Positions 26,538 to 39,550 of a DNA stretch of 64,000 bases are shown here, piece after piece (the stretch's first letter is position 1; each line of letters begins with the position of its first letter). Source of the stretch: Octopus sinensis (Eukaryota). The stretch covers positions 2,666,001 through 2,730,000 of the forward strand of contig NC_043007.1 in NCBI RefSeq assembly GCF_006345805.1, read 5' to 3'. The notes beneath the pieces are model-generated. The model saw only the letters and a program-made list of their open reading frames with translations, had not been told where the DNA came from and ran no database searches. Made by a program: the position numbers and the translations under genes.

Positions 26538-28867
26538 GGGTGGCAGAGGCGCAACAGGGCAACAAAGCCACCATTCGGTCACTGGTAGATGAACAGGGGC
26601 GCGAATTGCTCGAGCCAAGTAAAATGTGTGAGGCCTTTCAGCAGCATTTTGCCCGACTGTTCGGAACGAGTGGAGGGCAAGACGTAGGGTGGTTCAGTGC
26701 CTACCTACATAGCCTACCACGACTCTCGACAAGAAAGGCAGGTGCTCTGCGAAGGTGCCATCACGGCGGCGGAAGTGCGGGAAGCGATGGCAGAATGCTC
26801 GAGGGACAAATCACCGGGTTTGGATGGTCTACCCTACGAGCTTTACAATTGTATGCCAGACTTGTTTGGAGATCTCTTGGCGGCGGTTGTACTGCAACTG
26901 GCAGCAAAACGGGAGCATTCCTGGTTTGTGAGCCGAGGAGCCGTAACACTGCTGAAGAAAGATCTAAACAAGGGAAATGTATAGATAACTTTAGGCCCAT
27001 CACTCTGCTTAATGCAGACTTGAAAATTTTGGCCAAGGTGCTAGCCAAGAGGTTGGCGCTTGTCATCGAGAAACTGGTCGACAAGGCGCAAACATGCGCC
27101 GTGCCAGGCCGGACCATCCATGACAACCTCCATCTGATGCGCTACATCATAGACAGGGTAGTTAACGAACCTGGCATGGGTGGGGCCCTGATCAACTTGG
27201 ATCAATCGAAAGCCTTTGATAGGGTAGACCATCGATACTTGGAGGCAGTCCTGAGAGCGGCTGGTTTCGGTCCCGTCTTCCGCGGCTGGATAGCTGCCTT
27301 GTACAGAGGCATCCGTTCGGTAATTCGCGTAAATGGACATCTATCGAGACCTTTCGACATTGCACGTTCGGTCCGTCAGGGATGCCCCCTCTCGGGCCTT
27401 CTATACGTATTAACTCTTGAGCCACTACTGCGGAAGCTGGCGACTCTAAGGGGCATCCCGCGAGAATTGGATGCGGGACGAGCGTGTCTGCATACGCGGA
27501 CGACGTCACCGTCATAGTGTCTAGCCACGAGCACATCGAGCTGGTCGGCGAGACACTGAAAAACTACGAAGCGGTGACAGGAGCGATAATCAACCGGGAA
27601 AAGTCAGTGGGCTTGCGACTAGGCACTGGAGAAGCAAGCCCATGCCGTCCACCAGCGCCTCCGTCGTGGGACGCTGGACCGACGGCCCGGTTGAGTTGCT
27701 CGGGGTCTGGTTCGGTCCGGACCTCCAAGTGGAGAAGAACTGGAACGAGATAACGAGTAGGGTGGTCACCCTCGCCCGGCAATGGGCCGAGAGGAAACTG
27801 TCCCTAAAAGGTCGAGCGGAGGTGGCGAACACGTACATCGCGTCCGTCATCTACTACCGCCTGACCGTCGTACCTTGTCCCGACCCTACCATCACCAAAC
27901 TAACAACGCATCCTCTTTCGCTTCTTGTGGAAAGATGCGTCCCGATGGTCAGGCGATCCATTTGCTGTCAACACCCGTTAAAAGGAGGGCTGGGCATGCC
28001 GTGGTTGATGATGCGCAGACACGCGCTGAGATGCGACATCTCTGGCTCTATGTAGACGACGGTGAACAGGTGTGGTCGCCGTTTGTGAGGCACGCTTTCC
28101 CGCAGCTCGTCTCCATGACCGAACTGCAGTCGTGGATCAAAAAGAGGCCGAGGAAGGGCGAATGGCACCGCGAGTGTCGCGTTGCTCTCAAGCAACTCTG
28201 CCGTCCTGGGTCGACCTTAAGTGACTTCAACACAACCAAAGCATTCTATAGGGGTTTAGTGGAGGGGAGGTACGACGACGAGCTCGGGGCGAAGCTGGAC
28301 GAGTACCTGACCCGCCTGTTCGGGACGACTTTCGGGACAGGGCCCATGGACAACTTCCAGAGATCCCTGGCCTGGCAGTGCTACCGAGAAGCGCTACCCG
28401 TTCGGGATAAGCTCTACAGACACGGCTCGAGAAACACGGGGCCGACCTGCCCGAGATGCGGTCAGAGCGACGAAACCGTTCTGCACGCACTCGTTCAGTG
28501 TCCAACATTTCCGACCTGTGGGCTTATGTCGAACAACTGCTGTCACGTGTGGGACGAGTCGGTTTATCAGCTGAGTCTATCGTCAATATGTCACGCCTCC
28601 TTCCTTCAAACGGGAAGGAAGAGCTATTTTCATCATCCTGTGGCTATGGCGGCGAAAGAATGTATCTGGTGGACGCGTCTGAAAGGATTGGAGACAAACA
28701 CTTTCCTCTCTGGTCAATCTCTCATCAACTTCTTCAAGTACCACTTGAAAAGGAAAGTGAGAGTAGAGAGGCAAGTTTTGTCTAGCGAATGTTTTAAAAA
28801 AAGATGGGTGAATGTAGCAAGAATGGCACGTATGAATGACGAAGCCACCTTGAGCATAGTACTATGA
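26538..28867 (+). pseudogene. Tx1 ORF2 remnant (RT + CCHC; APE endonuclease lost by truncation), frameshifted
   Basis: Pieces in track ORFs 26090..27517, 26697..26984, 27484..27753, 27642..28055, 27782..28867. Confidence 0.88.
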
Positions 28868-29260
28868 ACCCAGAAATCGAAAACAGAGAGTTGCTTATTG
28901 CAAAAAAAAAAAAAAAAAAAAAAAAAAGAAATATAAAATGTGACTTCATTGACCGAGGTTACCGTGGTCTTTTCCGTAGGCTTTTCTTTCCACGGGTAAA
29001 CCTCACCTGTCCTCCCCTTTACACTTCATATTGACATTTCTGTGATAACGATCCCTATTGATCAATTTTTTTTTCCTCTCCCCCCTTTTTTTTTTTTTTA
29101 CCCCCCCCTTCTTTTTGTCCTCTTTCTCTCCTTTTACGATCCCTTTTGATCGAAACTCCCCCTTCCTTTTTTTTTTTTTTTTTTTAAACCTTCAAAAGAA
29201 AAGCTCTACCTTGTAATTTGTTCTATCTGTGTGCAGCCCTGTGTGGCTAATAAAGAAACA
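26538..29260 (+). mobile_element. Tx1-clade non-LTR retrotransposon, 5'-truncated, inserted in (TATC)n
   Basis: RT motifs KSPGLDGLPYELY, FRPITLLNADLKILAKVLAKRL, DQSKAFDRVDH, SVRQGCPLS, AYADD; C-terminal CPRCGQSDETVLHALVQC zinc knuckle; 3' UTR ends gctaataaagaaaca then TATC. Confidence 0.92.
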
Positions 29261-29293
<33 letters not shown>

Positions 29294-29356
29294 CTCTATC
29301 TCTCTATCTATCTCTCTATCTATCTCTCTGTCTATCTATCTATCTATCTATCTATA

Positions 29357-29396
<40 letters not shown>

Positions 29397-29450
29397 CATC
29401 CATCCATCTATCTATCCATCTATCTCTCCATCCATCCATCTATCTCTCTA

Positions 29451-29519
<69 letters not shown>

Positions 29520-29561
29520 CTCTATCTATCTAGCTCTCTCTCTCTCTATCTATCTATCTAG

Positions 29562-29635
<74 letters not shown>

Positions 29636-29640
29636 GTGTG
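29261..29640. repeat. (TATC)n microsatellite, 3' flank of Tx1
   Basis: Direct reading. Confidence 0.95.
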
Positions 29641-29703
29641 TCTGTCTGTCTAGCTGGCTGGCTATAGATAGATAGAGAGACAGAAAGATAGATTAATAGA
29701 TAA

Positions 29704-29860
29704 CTGTTTTTATTGGCCACACAGGGCTGAACACAGAGGGGACAAATACAAATGAAGAGCTTTTCTTGTCCAAAATGAAAAGGAAAAAGGGAAAAAGCAG
29801 AAAAAAGTAAAGTTCCGATCAACAGGGTCAGAGGAGAAGAAAAGAAAACTCTCTGCAATG
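29704..29860 (-). mobile_element. 3' UTR of a related Tx1 subfamily, tail-to-tail with the main copy
   Basis: Minus strand aagaaaagctcttcatttgtatttgtcccctctgtgttcagccctgtgtggccaataaaaacag resembles aagaaaagctctaccttgtaatttgttctatctgtgtgcagccctgtgtggctaataaagaaac. Confidence 0.75.
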
Positions 29861-30919
29861 GATGTAAAGGATGATCTCTACAACTGGCTGATATTGTTGA
29901 AGCAAGGAATAATTTACCTGCGTCAGTCGTTCGCCGTCGATACACTACATCCTTCAACACCTCCATGCTTCCTGAAATTCGCTCACCGTACACCTGATGC
30001 CGCTTTTTTAAAGTTGTGTACCTGAGCACTGTAGACAACAATTTCATTTTAATTTTAAAAAATAGACGTAGGAGTTATGAATAAACCATCAAGGATAAAA
30101 AATATATATGTAGAGATTTTTGAAAATAGAATAATTTCAAAGAAACAGGTATTAGTAACGTAGGAAATAAATTAAGGAGCCTACCTAGACTTGGGTGAGT
30201 GCCCTCAAATTAGGCTGGTTAAAAGTATCCACCACTTCCTCGTTTTGAGATGCGCTGAATTGAAAGAATTTACAGATTCCGAAAAGTAGTTTCGTTAAAT
30301 AGCGATGGTAAATATCAGCCTTTTAAGATATTTTTGATGCTAACGTCAGTAATACATTGTCGTTTACCTGTGTCTTGTAAATAAGTCTATACTTCCCTTT
30401 GTCCGTTTTCAGAACCTTAAATTTCATATTATCCTTTGAACTGTGGTACTGGTTTTGTATTTTATACACATCTTCATTTCGTATCTTAGCCTTCTATTTT
30501 CTTTTCTTTTCTTTTCTTTTTGCTCTTTTACTGCTTCTCTCCTTTCTCTTCAGCCTCTATCTGTTTCCTATCGTCACATGTGAAAGAATTGATAAGAATG
30601 AGAGGGAAGCTTTGGCCACTTCGGATTATGGGACCACGAAGATATCGATTTTTCTGCCATTTGCAGAACCTTGACATGTAGTTCTATTGGAGAAGCTTTC
30701 TCCACGATCTCCTATTGTTGCTACTGTTTCTGCAAAGAGACATCAATCGCTTTCTCAACATCCCTTGTTGCTCGGCACAGAAATTGCTCGTTGCATCATA
30801 ACATTACAAGTGTAACAGCTTAGCTTTCTACACTAAATCAACAATATCATTGAGCTTCTCTCTGCACTGGGACATTGCTCACAGCCAGAAGAGGAATATT
30901 GGCTTTGGGATAGTTAGAC

Positions 30920-31063
30920 TTTTTTCGGGGGTGGGCAGTCGAATAGATCTACTGCAGTACGCGACTGGCACTTAACTTATCGACCCTGAAATGATGAAAG
31001 GCAAAGTCGACATCGGCGGAATTTGAACTCAGAATCTAAAGGCAGACGACAAACCGCTAAGCA
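30920..31063 (-). mobile_element. SINE fragment (same family as 22960)
   Basis: cttatcgaccctgaaatgatgaaaggcaaagtcgacatcggcggaatttgaactcaga. Confidence 0.8.
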
Positions 31064-31612
<549 letters not shown>

Positions 31613-31613
<1 letters not shown>

Positions 31614-31700
31614 CGTCATCCCTCTGATGTCTTGTTTCCCATCCTTATTATTATATTATTATTACTATTATCATCATCATCATCATTATTATTATTATTA

Positions 31701-31737
<37 letters not shown>

Positions 31738-31965
31738 GAGTGAGAGAGCAGTGCATGCCATCAATGTGACACTGGGGTAAAATATACGAAGCCAGTATAC
31801 CCATCATGACTACCGTCTGATAAGGGTACACTAGGCACATGCATCACCTAGTGTACCCTTATCAGACGGGTAGTCATGATGGGTATACTGGGCTTCGTAT
31901 ATTTTACCCCAGTGTCACATTGATGGCATGCACTGCTCTCTCACTCAATAATAATAATAATAATA

Positions 31966-32015
<50 letters not shown>

Positions 32016-32054
32016 TATAAGGATGGGAAACAAAAGACATTGGAGGGGTGATGC
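31613..32054. repeat. ~440-bp palindrome with 11-nt loop
   Basis: Inner arms 31738-31835 / 31847-31946; (TTA)n/(TAA)n middle arms; outer arms 31613-31648 / 32018-32054. Confidence 0.92.
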
Positions 32055-32289
32055 ATATCTTGCGCGTAGATAATTTTTTTCGCAAATTCTAGTGTGGTTT
32101 ACAATGGGGTACTTACCTATGCTTTTTAATTAAAATGAATTAAGCTTTGTAAGCGGTGAAATCGAACAATCAATTTGTAAATAAATGAAACCCTCGAATC
32201 CATCACTGTACACACACACAGACACACAGACACACAGACACGCACGCACACATGCACAAGCACATGCCCACACACACATGTACAAAAAA

Positions 32290-33115
32290 ATGGCATGGAA
32301 AGGAAAAATATACGCTGAAATTGTAAGAGTTTGTAAGAGTGCAAAGATAGATACAGGAATCCGGTGTTTATGGATGCGGAGTGACATGGAGATTGAAACA
32401 GAAGCACCGATATGCGCGGCATAAGAACAAGTATTGAAGGCAGACTGTGTGAAGAGCAGAATTGAAAACAAAACTGGGTGTGGCAAATGCAGAATGTGTA
32501 GTGAAAGGAGTGAAACATTGAGACACGTTGTTAGTAAGTGCCCGAAATTCGTACAGCATAAATAAAACAGACGACATGATAATGTGGCAAGAATTATCCA
32601 TTGGAATCACTATGTACGTTATGGCCTAGAAAGATCAAAGAAATGGTATGACCAAATCTCAAAGGGAATTGTTCAGAGTGAAGACTGCTAAATTTTTGGG
32701 GGGTGCCATGATTCACTGTGACCACCAGATTCGAGATCGAAAATCTGAGATAGTTGTGGTGAGCTAAAAGGAAAATAATCGGCATAGCATGTTCCGGTGA
32801 CCACAGGATCGAAGTGAATAACCATGACGAGTTGAAGAGGAAAATGCACAAGTTGTGGGCAATGAAGAGAGTGGACGTGATACCAATAATAATTGGCGCA
32901 ATTTGAAGTACCAATGCTCAAGTATGTACACGGCTCTAAAAGACTGGTAGAAACATAAAGAACACTTAGAAAAACCAGCATTGCTTGGAACTGCCAGAGT
33001 TCTCCTCAAGATTCTTGAAACATTAGCAGTAAACAAGCGTCACCTGAGGCTGACCGGGTGTGGGCAGCTGAGACTTTTCCATCATACCCAAAGAAATAAG
33101 CTGACATGTTTTAAT
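32290..33115 (+). mobile_element. R4/Dong-like RLE LINE, decayed 3' fragment
   Basis: Manual translation WMRSDMEIETEAPICAA*EQ...CRMCSERSETLRHVVSKCPK...RRHDNVARIIHW, and later KPALLGTARVLLKIL. Confidence 0.85.
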
Positions 33116-33237
33116 AACAATAACGATGATGATGATGACGATAGACAATAGACAATACTGATCAAAAGCAGAAATAGTTTGGTAAAGCAAACTTAAGTTT
33201 CCATCTGCGTGAGGTTGATCTTGCGCCAAAAACTCCT

Positions 33238-33437
33238 CTTCTTCTTCTTCTTCTTCTTCTTCTTCTTCTTCTTCTTCTTCTTCTTCTTCTTTTTCTTCTT
33301 CTTCTTCTTCTTCTTCTTCTTCTTCTCCTCCTTCTTTTTCTTCTTCTTCTTCTTCTTCTTCTTCTTCTTCTTCTTCTCCTCCTTCTTTTCCTTCTTCTTC
33401 TTCTTCCCATTATTATTATTATTATTATTATATTATT
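33238..33437. repeat. (TTC)n then (ATT)n microsatellite
   Basis: Direct reading. Confidence 0.95.
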
Positions 33438-35288
33438 CAGTAGTTTAATTTTATTTTTATAGCGTGCTTTCACTTCACTACCGAGCGCAGCTCTGTGTGC
33501 CTTGGGTATGTGCTGTGATTTGTTGTGATGCTCTGATGGTTATTGATGAAAGTGTTCTGCGTAGGAGTGTGTGCAGTGCCTAGTACTGCATTTTCTGTAT
33601 GTTATATGTGTTTGTAAGTCCTGTGGTGTTTTTGTTATGTATTTGTCTGAATATTTTTTTTATCATGCCTAATGCACCTACTATGATAGGAATTGTTTCT
33701 GTTTTCAGATTCCACATTCTAGTTACCTCTATTCCAGGTCTTTGTATTTTGAGAGTTTCTCCATTCTTTTAGAGACACGTTGTCATCTGCCGGTACTGAT
33801 ACATCAATTAGAAAGCATTTTTTTTCTTCATGGTCTCTGACAACTATATCTGGTCTGTTGGCCTTAATTTCTCTATCTGTGTGTATCGGCATATCACAGA
33901 GTATGGTTGCTTTCTCATTTTCTGTGACCTTTTCTGGTGTGTGCCTATACCATCTTTTTTCTGTTGTTATTCCATAATGTTGGCATAGCTTCCAATGTAT
34001 GTAAGTTCCAACTCTGTCATGTCTTGGAATATATTCATCTTAGCCAGGACTGGGCAGCTAGAGATAATATGATTATTGTTTCTTGTCCATCTCCACATAT
34101 TCTGCAGTACTTGTAATATTTCTTTTCATTACATGTTTTGGTAATTTCTGGTGGGGAGGCTTTGGTCTTGTGCTGCAATTAAAAATCCCTCTGTTTCTGC
34201 TTTGAGTCCTGAGCTTCTCAACCATTGCTGGGATTTTTCTTTGTCTATTCTTTTGCGTTTAGTTTAGTCCAGTATTTACCATGAAGGGGCTTTTCTTGCC
34301 ATCGTTTTATCATGGTTCGTTGCGTTCTAATTTTTAGTTTGGATTTCATTTTTTTTATAGCTTGTGTTTTCTTCATCTTCTTCTTCTTCTTCTTCATGTT
34401 TATTAGGTGGTATGATTTCTTGTTTGTATTTGTCAGCTTCCTTAAATACTGAGAACAGTTTTTTGTTTTGCTCGTGTTTTGCCGCTATCTGGATCAGTTT
34501 TCCTTCCTTCTGAAGTAGATATTTTTGCAGGTGTGGTATGTTTGGAGTTTGTGTAGGACTGGTTGCCCATTTATCATAGAGTGCTCTATGAATTTTATGA
34601 TTGTTGGTGCTACTTTGTTAATGGCTAGTGTTTCGAGGATCCAGTGGGGGGGGGATGCTATCAAACGCCTTTTTGTAGTCAATCCAGCCATACTGAGGCC
34701 TTTCTTCTTTCTGTGGCTGTCTTCAGTTATGGCTTTATTTATAATTAGTGATCTTACAGCCATATGAGCCTTTGCGGAATCCTTCTGCTGCTCTTCTGGG
34801 AAACAGATTTGTATTCGTCCAGGTGCTTGTTCAGCCTTTGTGATATCACTGCAGTAAATGCCTTGAAAATAGTAGGGAGGCAGGTTATTGGTCTGTAGTT
34901 TTCTGGTTTTCTGTTTCATTGATTGGGAATTAAGATGGTTTTCCCCTTCGTGAGCCATTCAGGCATTATCTCTGGCTCTGCTAGTACGTTGTTAAAGTTT
35001 TCAGCCAGCTTTTTGTGCATTCTGTTAGATATTTCAACCAGAAGTTGGGGATCTTGTCATGCCCAGGTGCCTTCCAGTTGCTTAGTCTTTGCAGTGCCTG
35101 GGTGACCTCTTAGTTGTTATGGGGGTCCAAGTTTGTTCAGATGCCGAGTTTGTTATTTTGATACTCCTTTTTTGTGGTGGTTCGTTCGCCGACCATATTT
35201 CTCCCCAGAATTCTTCCAATTCTTCTGCCGTTGGTGCTGCAGTGACTTCTATTCCAATCTTCTGCCGTTGGTTGCTGCAGTGAGTGAC
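33438..35288 (-). mobile_element. R4/Dong-like RLE LINE, 5'-truncated with an internal deletion in RT, flanked by (TAA)n
   Basis: Minus strand KKKGLSMA...SPPHWILETL, WLRSSGLKAETEGFLIAAQDQ, RHDRVGTYIHW, NRPDIVV..LIDVSVPADDN, IIVGALG; the 3' UTR runs into TAA units. Confidence 0.9.
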
Positions 35289-35371
35289 TTCTTCTTCTTC
35301 TTCTTCTTTTCTATTATATTATTATTATTATTATTATTAATATATTTTATTATTATTGTTCTTGTGTTGTT

Positions 35372-35413
<42 letters not shown>

Positions 35414-36945
35414 TATTATTAGATTATTATTATTGTTGTTGTTATTATGATAATAATTATTATTAGCATTGTGCTGCTGTCACTGTTGATTTCTGATATT
35501 TCCGACGGTGTTCTTCTCATTCTGATTGTGTTATTAACACAGTGGTAAACCAGCATCGTTGACATTGGTGTCGCTAGTGTTCTTGTTCTTGTTGTTGTTG
35601 GTGTCATAACATCAGTGGAACACGCAACATACTATTATGTATAGTTACACGTTGCTCGTTCGAATTGATTGTCATTCAAAAAGTAAGTCCTTTCCTCTCG
35701 CTCATCCTCAACATACAATTATATAGTTATTGCGCTGGTGTAGAATATTGGTTACGCGCAGTTCTGACTTTGTAGTTGGTGTTTCTGCTGCTACCAGTAA
35801 TTTCAGGCGTCAGTAATACGGCGAGATACAGTAATTATTGTGAGACGTTAACGGAAGTATGATTTAGCTTTCAAACGATTTCTATGAGTCTTTCATCCAT
35901 CCGAAATCCTATGTGACTAATGCAGTTCTTTTTTTCTACGAGATATGTGGATTTTATGTCGGTATTTATAATTAGATTCGGAATGAATAATCACTCACTT
36001 CAGTGTGTATATCACTGCATCAACCATGCACCAACAAAAGAGACTTCGAGTAGGAATATATCCTGTGTATATATAGAAATATATATATGTGTGTGAGTGT
36101 GTGTATTTGTGTGTGTACATATATGTATACGTATATTATGTATATGTATATATATGTATATATATATTATATTTGTTTTATTTACACACACGCATGTATA
36201 TATATGTGCGTGTATATATATATATATATCTAATATATCTATCAATATATATATATATATATATATATGCATATGTGTATATAAAATAGATATATATATA
36301 TAAAATATACACCATCATATAATTTCAGACATACAATTATCTATCTATATATGTATAAATTATACAAAACCTAAACAAATACACACTCACACACGCAGAT
36401 ACACACACATGCACTGAAATACACACATACACACGTAAATACATACATACATACATACATACACACAACAGCACACATGCACGAACACATACATACACAC
36501 GGTATACACTTTATTCATAATCTTTCCCTCTCTGATTCGGAAATCGTTTCAACCGAAAAGGCTATCATCGGGGAAAAGAAGTTCATTTAACTTCCTAATC
36601 AAGAGGAGAAATTCCTTGGGGGACTTGCTAAAGCAGCTGACCCAGAGAATTTAGTGTTTAAGGATATCTTGGATCTAAGAAATATATTGTTCAGGAATTA
36701 GTGGACCTGAGTTTTATAAATTAAGTAAAACATGAAACTGTTACATAACATTACGTGAGGAGACAATGGTAAGAAATGAAGAGTTGTTATTATGGTGAAG
36801 ATATAATTTCTAAAGACTATAATTCTCCTAAACCAAACGTCTGGAAGTAATTTGCGATAATTAGGATGTCGTGTTATATAAGTTTTTGACATAATACAAG
36901 TGTTGTCTTCAGATGCGACAGGCAAAAACTGAAATAGAATATATA

Positions 36946-37270
36946 CAGGGTGACTGAAAAGTAAGCGGCTGTTTGAAAATAGTTATAGTTAAAAATGGAT
37001 ATGTGAGCAAAGCTTTCAGTATGAGGTTTTATTTAAAATTCGATATGGGCTCCAGACGTCGCCACCAGCGGAATTGCGTCAACTGACTTCACCATTATCT
37101 CTGGAGGGATAGAAGGCATATAATTTCTCGTATTCGCCCTTCAAGTTCTTTAAAGTCTTTGGTTTGGCACAGTGAACGTCTTCCTTTAACGAACGCCAAA
37201 GAAAAATGTCACGGGGTGTTAAGTCGGGACTCAACCCATCCCATATACTGGGGAACTGGGCATTCCGCCA
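36946..37270 (-). mobile_element. Tc1/mariner-superfamily terminal fragment
   Basis: TA-cagggtg terminus at 36944-36952; minus strand SPDLTPRDIFLWRSLKEDVHCAKPKTL resembles the SPDLTPxDFFLWGYLK motif. Confidence 0.6.
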
Positions 37271-37537
37271 TTCACGAACGACAAGAGCAATACAAATTAG
37301 AGACTAACAAACAAACATAAATTGAGAAAAAAATTTACAATTAATAAATAATTTGTAGGTATAGGTGCAGGAGTGGCTGTGTGGTAAGTAGCTTGTTTAC
37401 CAACCACATGGTTCCGGGTTCAGTCCCACTGCGTGGTACCTTGGGCAAGTGTCTTCTACTATAGCCTGAGGCCGACCAAAGCCTTGTGAGTGAATTTGGT
37501 AGACGGAAACTGAAAAGAAGCCCGTCGTATATATGTA

Positions 37538-38813
37538 CGAGGAGCGTTCAATAAGTAATGCCCCTGACCCACTTCCCATAGAAGTAGAACAACGAAACTT
37601 GGCACAGTTATTAGTCTTTTTCTACATAGGAACCACCCAGAGTTACGCATTTCTCCCATCGTTTGATGCGGCTCTGGAGACCGTTTTTGTAGAAGAACCC
37701 AGCTTGGTCCTCCAACCTCAACGTGACTTCGGAAATCAAGGCTGCATCATCTGGGAAACGCTTTCCTTTCAAAAACAACTTCATGATTGGGAAGAGGTGA
37801 AAATCAGAGGGTGCAAGGTCAGGAATGTAGGGGGGATGGGGAGGAGCTCATAGCCATACGCCTGTGCTTCTGATCTGGCGACAAGCGAGTTGTGGACCGG
37901 AGCGTTGTCCTGCAGGAGGAGGATGCCTTTGCTGATCTTGCCCCGCCTCTTGATTTTGATAACTTCTCTTAATTTCCTCAAAAGTGAAGCTAATAGGCTC
38001 CTGCAATTGTGGTACTCTTTGCCAGGAAATCTGTCATCACTACTCCGTCCTGGTCCCAGAAGACTGTGAGCATGACCTTGCCAGCGGAGGGCTGCACCCT
38101 TGCTTTCTTTTGAGGGGGTGAGTCACGGTGCCTCCACTGCATTGACTGGATCATCGTGATGGACCCAGATTTCATCCTGTGTAATCAGTCTTTTGAAAAA
38201 TTTTGACTCATCTTCTTGGCACATCTCCAAATTCACCCTCGAGCACTCGACGCGTTCTTGCTTCTGGAAAGGCGTGAGCAACCTGGGAATCCATCTGGCA
38301 GACACCTTTTGCATATGCAAATGGTCATGAATGATAGTTTCCACAGACCCGGTACCAATCCTGACCTCATGTGCTATTTGGCGAATAATTATGCGTCGAT
38401 CTTCCAAAATGGCAGCCTCAACTTGCCGGACAGATGCCTCATCAATGGCAGAAGGGGGCGACCAGATCTGGGAGCTGTTTCCACAGAGTTCCGACCATGT
38501 TTGAATTCACGATGCCAGCGTTTTACAAGGTCATATGATGGGGCATCATCACCATAAGTTACTTTCATTTCATCAAAAGTCTCCCGTGGTGTGCGTCCTT
38601 TCAAATACAAAAACCGTATCACTGCTCGACACTCAACAGGCTCCATTTCACACTTGACTCGGTTCAAACACGTGTAAATCAGAAACCACAATTAATTCAG
38701 AGCTGTAATTTGCCACTTACTCTATAGAGATATAAATGATTGCACATGCAAAATTTCAGCTAGATCAAACAACTGCAAGTGGGACAGAGGCATTACTTAT
38801 TGAACGTCCCTCG
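37538..38813 (-). mobile_element. Full-length mariner (irritans/Himar1-like), 1276 bp, TA TSD
   Basis: Imperfect TIRs cgaggagcgttcaataagtaatgcccctgacccactt versus the reverse complement of aagtgggacagaggcattacttattgaacgtccctcg; TA at 37536-37 and 38814-15. Confidence 0.95.
37611..38646 (-). pseudogene. Mariner transposase, DD34D, frameshifted
   Basis: MEPVECRAVIRFLYLKG..., WIPRLLT, LITQDEIWVHH, SAGKVMLTVFWD, QDNAPVH...(H)PPYIPDLAPSDFHLF; 34 residues between the last two Asp after restoring one frameshift. Confidence 0.92.
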
Positions 38814-39204
38814 TATATATGTATGTATATATATATATATAATATATATATATATATGGGTGTGTGTGTTTGTGTGTCTGTGTTTGTCCCCCTAGCATTG
38901 CTTGACAACCGATGCTGGTGTGTTTATGTCCCCGTTACCTAGCGGTTCGGCAAAATAGAACGATAGAATAAGTACTGGGCTTACAAAAAGAATAAGTCCC
39001 GGGGTCGAGTTGCTCGACTAAAGCCGGTGCTCCAGCATGGCCGCAGTCAAATGACTGAAACAAGTAAAAGAGTGAAAGAATAAAAGAGTATTTCAAAATA
39101 AGCAGTACCTTTCTAATCACTCTGTATATATGTGCGTGTGAGTGTACGTGTGAGTGTACGTGTGTGTGTGGGAGGGGTGCATGTGTGTGTTCATCTATGT
39201 ATCT

Positions 39205-39420
39205 TCTTTTATTATTTTATTCGTTTCAGTCATTTTCACTGCGGCCATGCTGGAGCACCACCTTCAGTCGAGCGAATTGACCGCAGGACTTATTCTTTGT
39301 AAGCCTAGTACTTATTGTATCGGCCTCTTCTGCCGAACCGCTAGGTTACGGGGACGTAAACACACAAGCATCGATGTCAAGTGACGTTGGGGCACACACA
39401 CACACACGCACCCCCAACAC
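39205..39420 (-). mobile_element. 3' domain of the composite SINE, inverted relative to the neighbouring copy
   Basis: tttcagtcattttcactgcggccatgctggagcacc...gccgaaccgctaggttacggggacgtaaacacac. Confidence 0.85.
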
Positions 39421-39497
39421 ACATATATATTATACATTTATACATACATATACATATATACTGCATGCATATGCATACAGATATATATGCATATGCG

Positions 39498-39543
<46 letters not shown>

Positions 39544-39550
<7 letters not shown>

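Larger units (their letters stand above)
37363..39088 (+). mobile_element. Composite SINE split by a mariner insertion (head 37363-37535, 3' domain ~38860-39088)
   Basis: Head and 3' domain match the intact copy at 4385-4818; the mariner sits in the internal TA run. Confidence 0.88.

Noticed and set aside
28901-28927. Poly-A as the Tx1 3' tail
   Set aside because: Homology between the two copies continues ~330 bp beyond it, so it is internal
33162-33473. Arginine-rich protamine-like ORF
   Set aside because: Simply the (GAA)n strand of a TTC microsatellite
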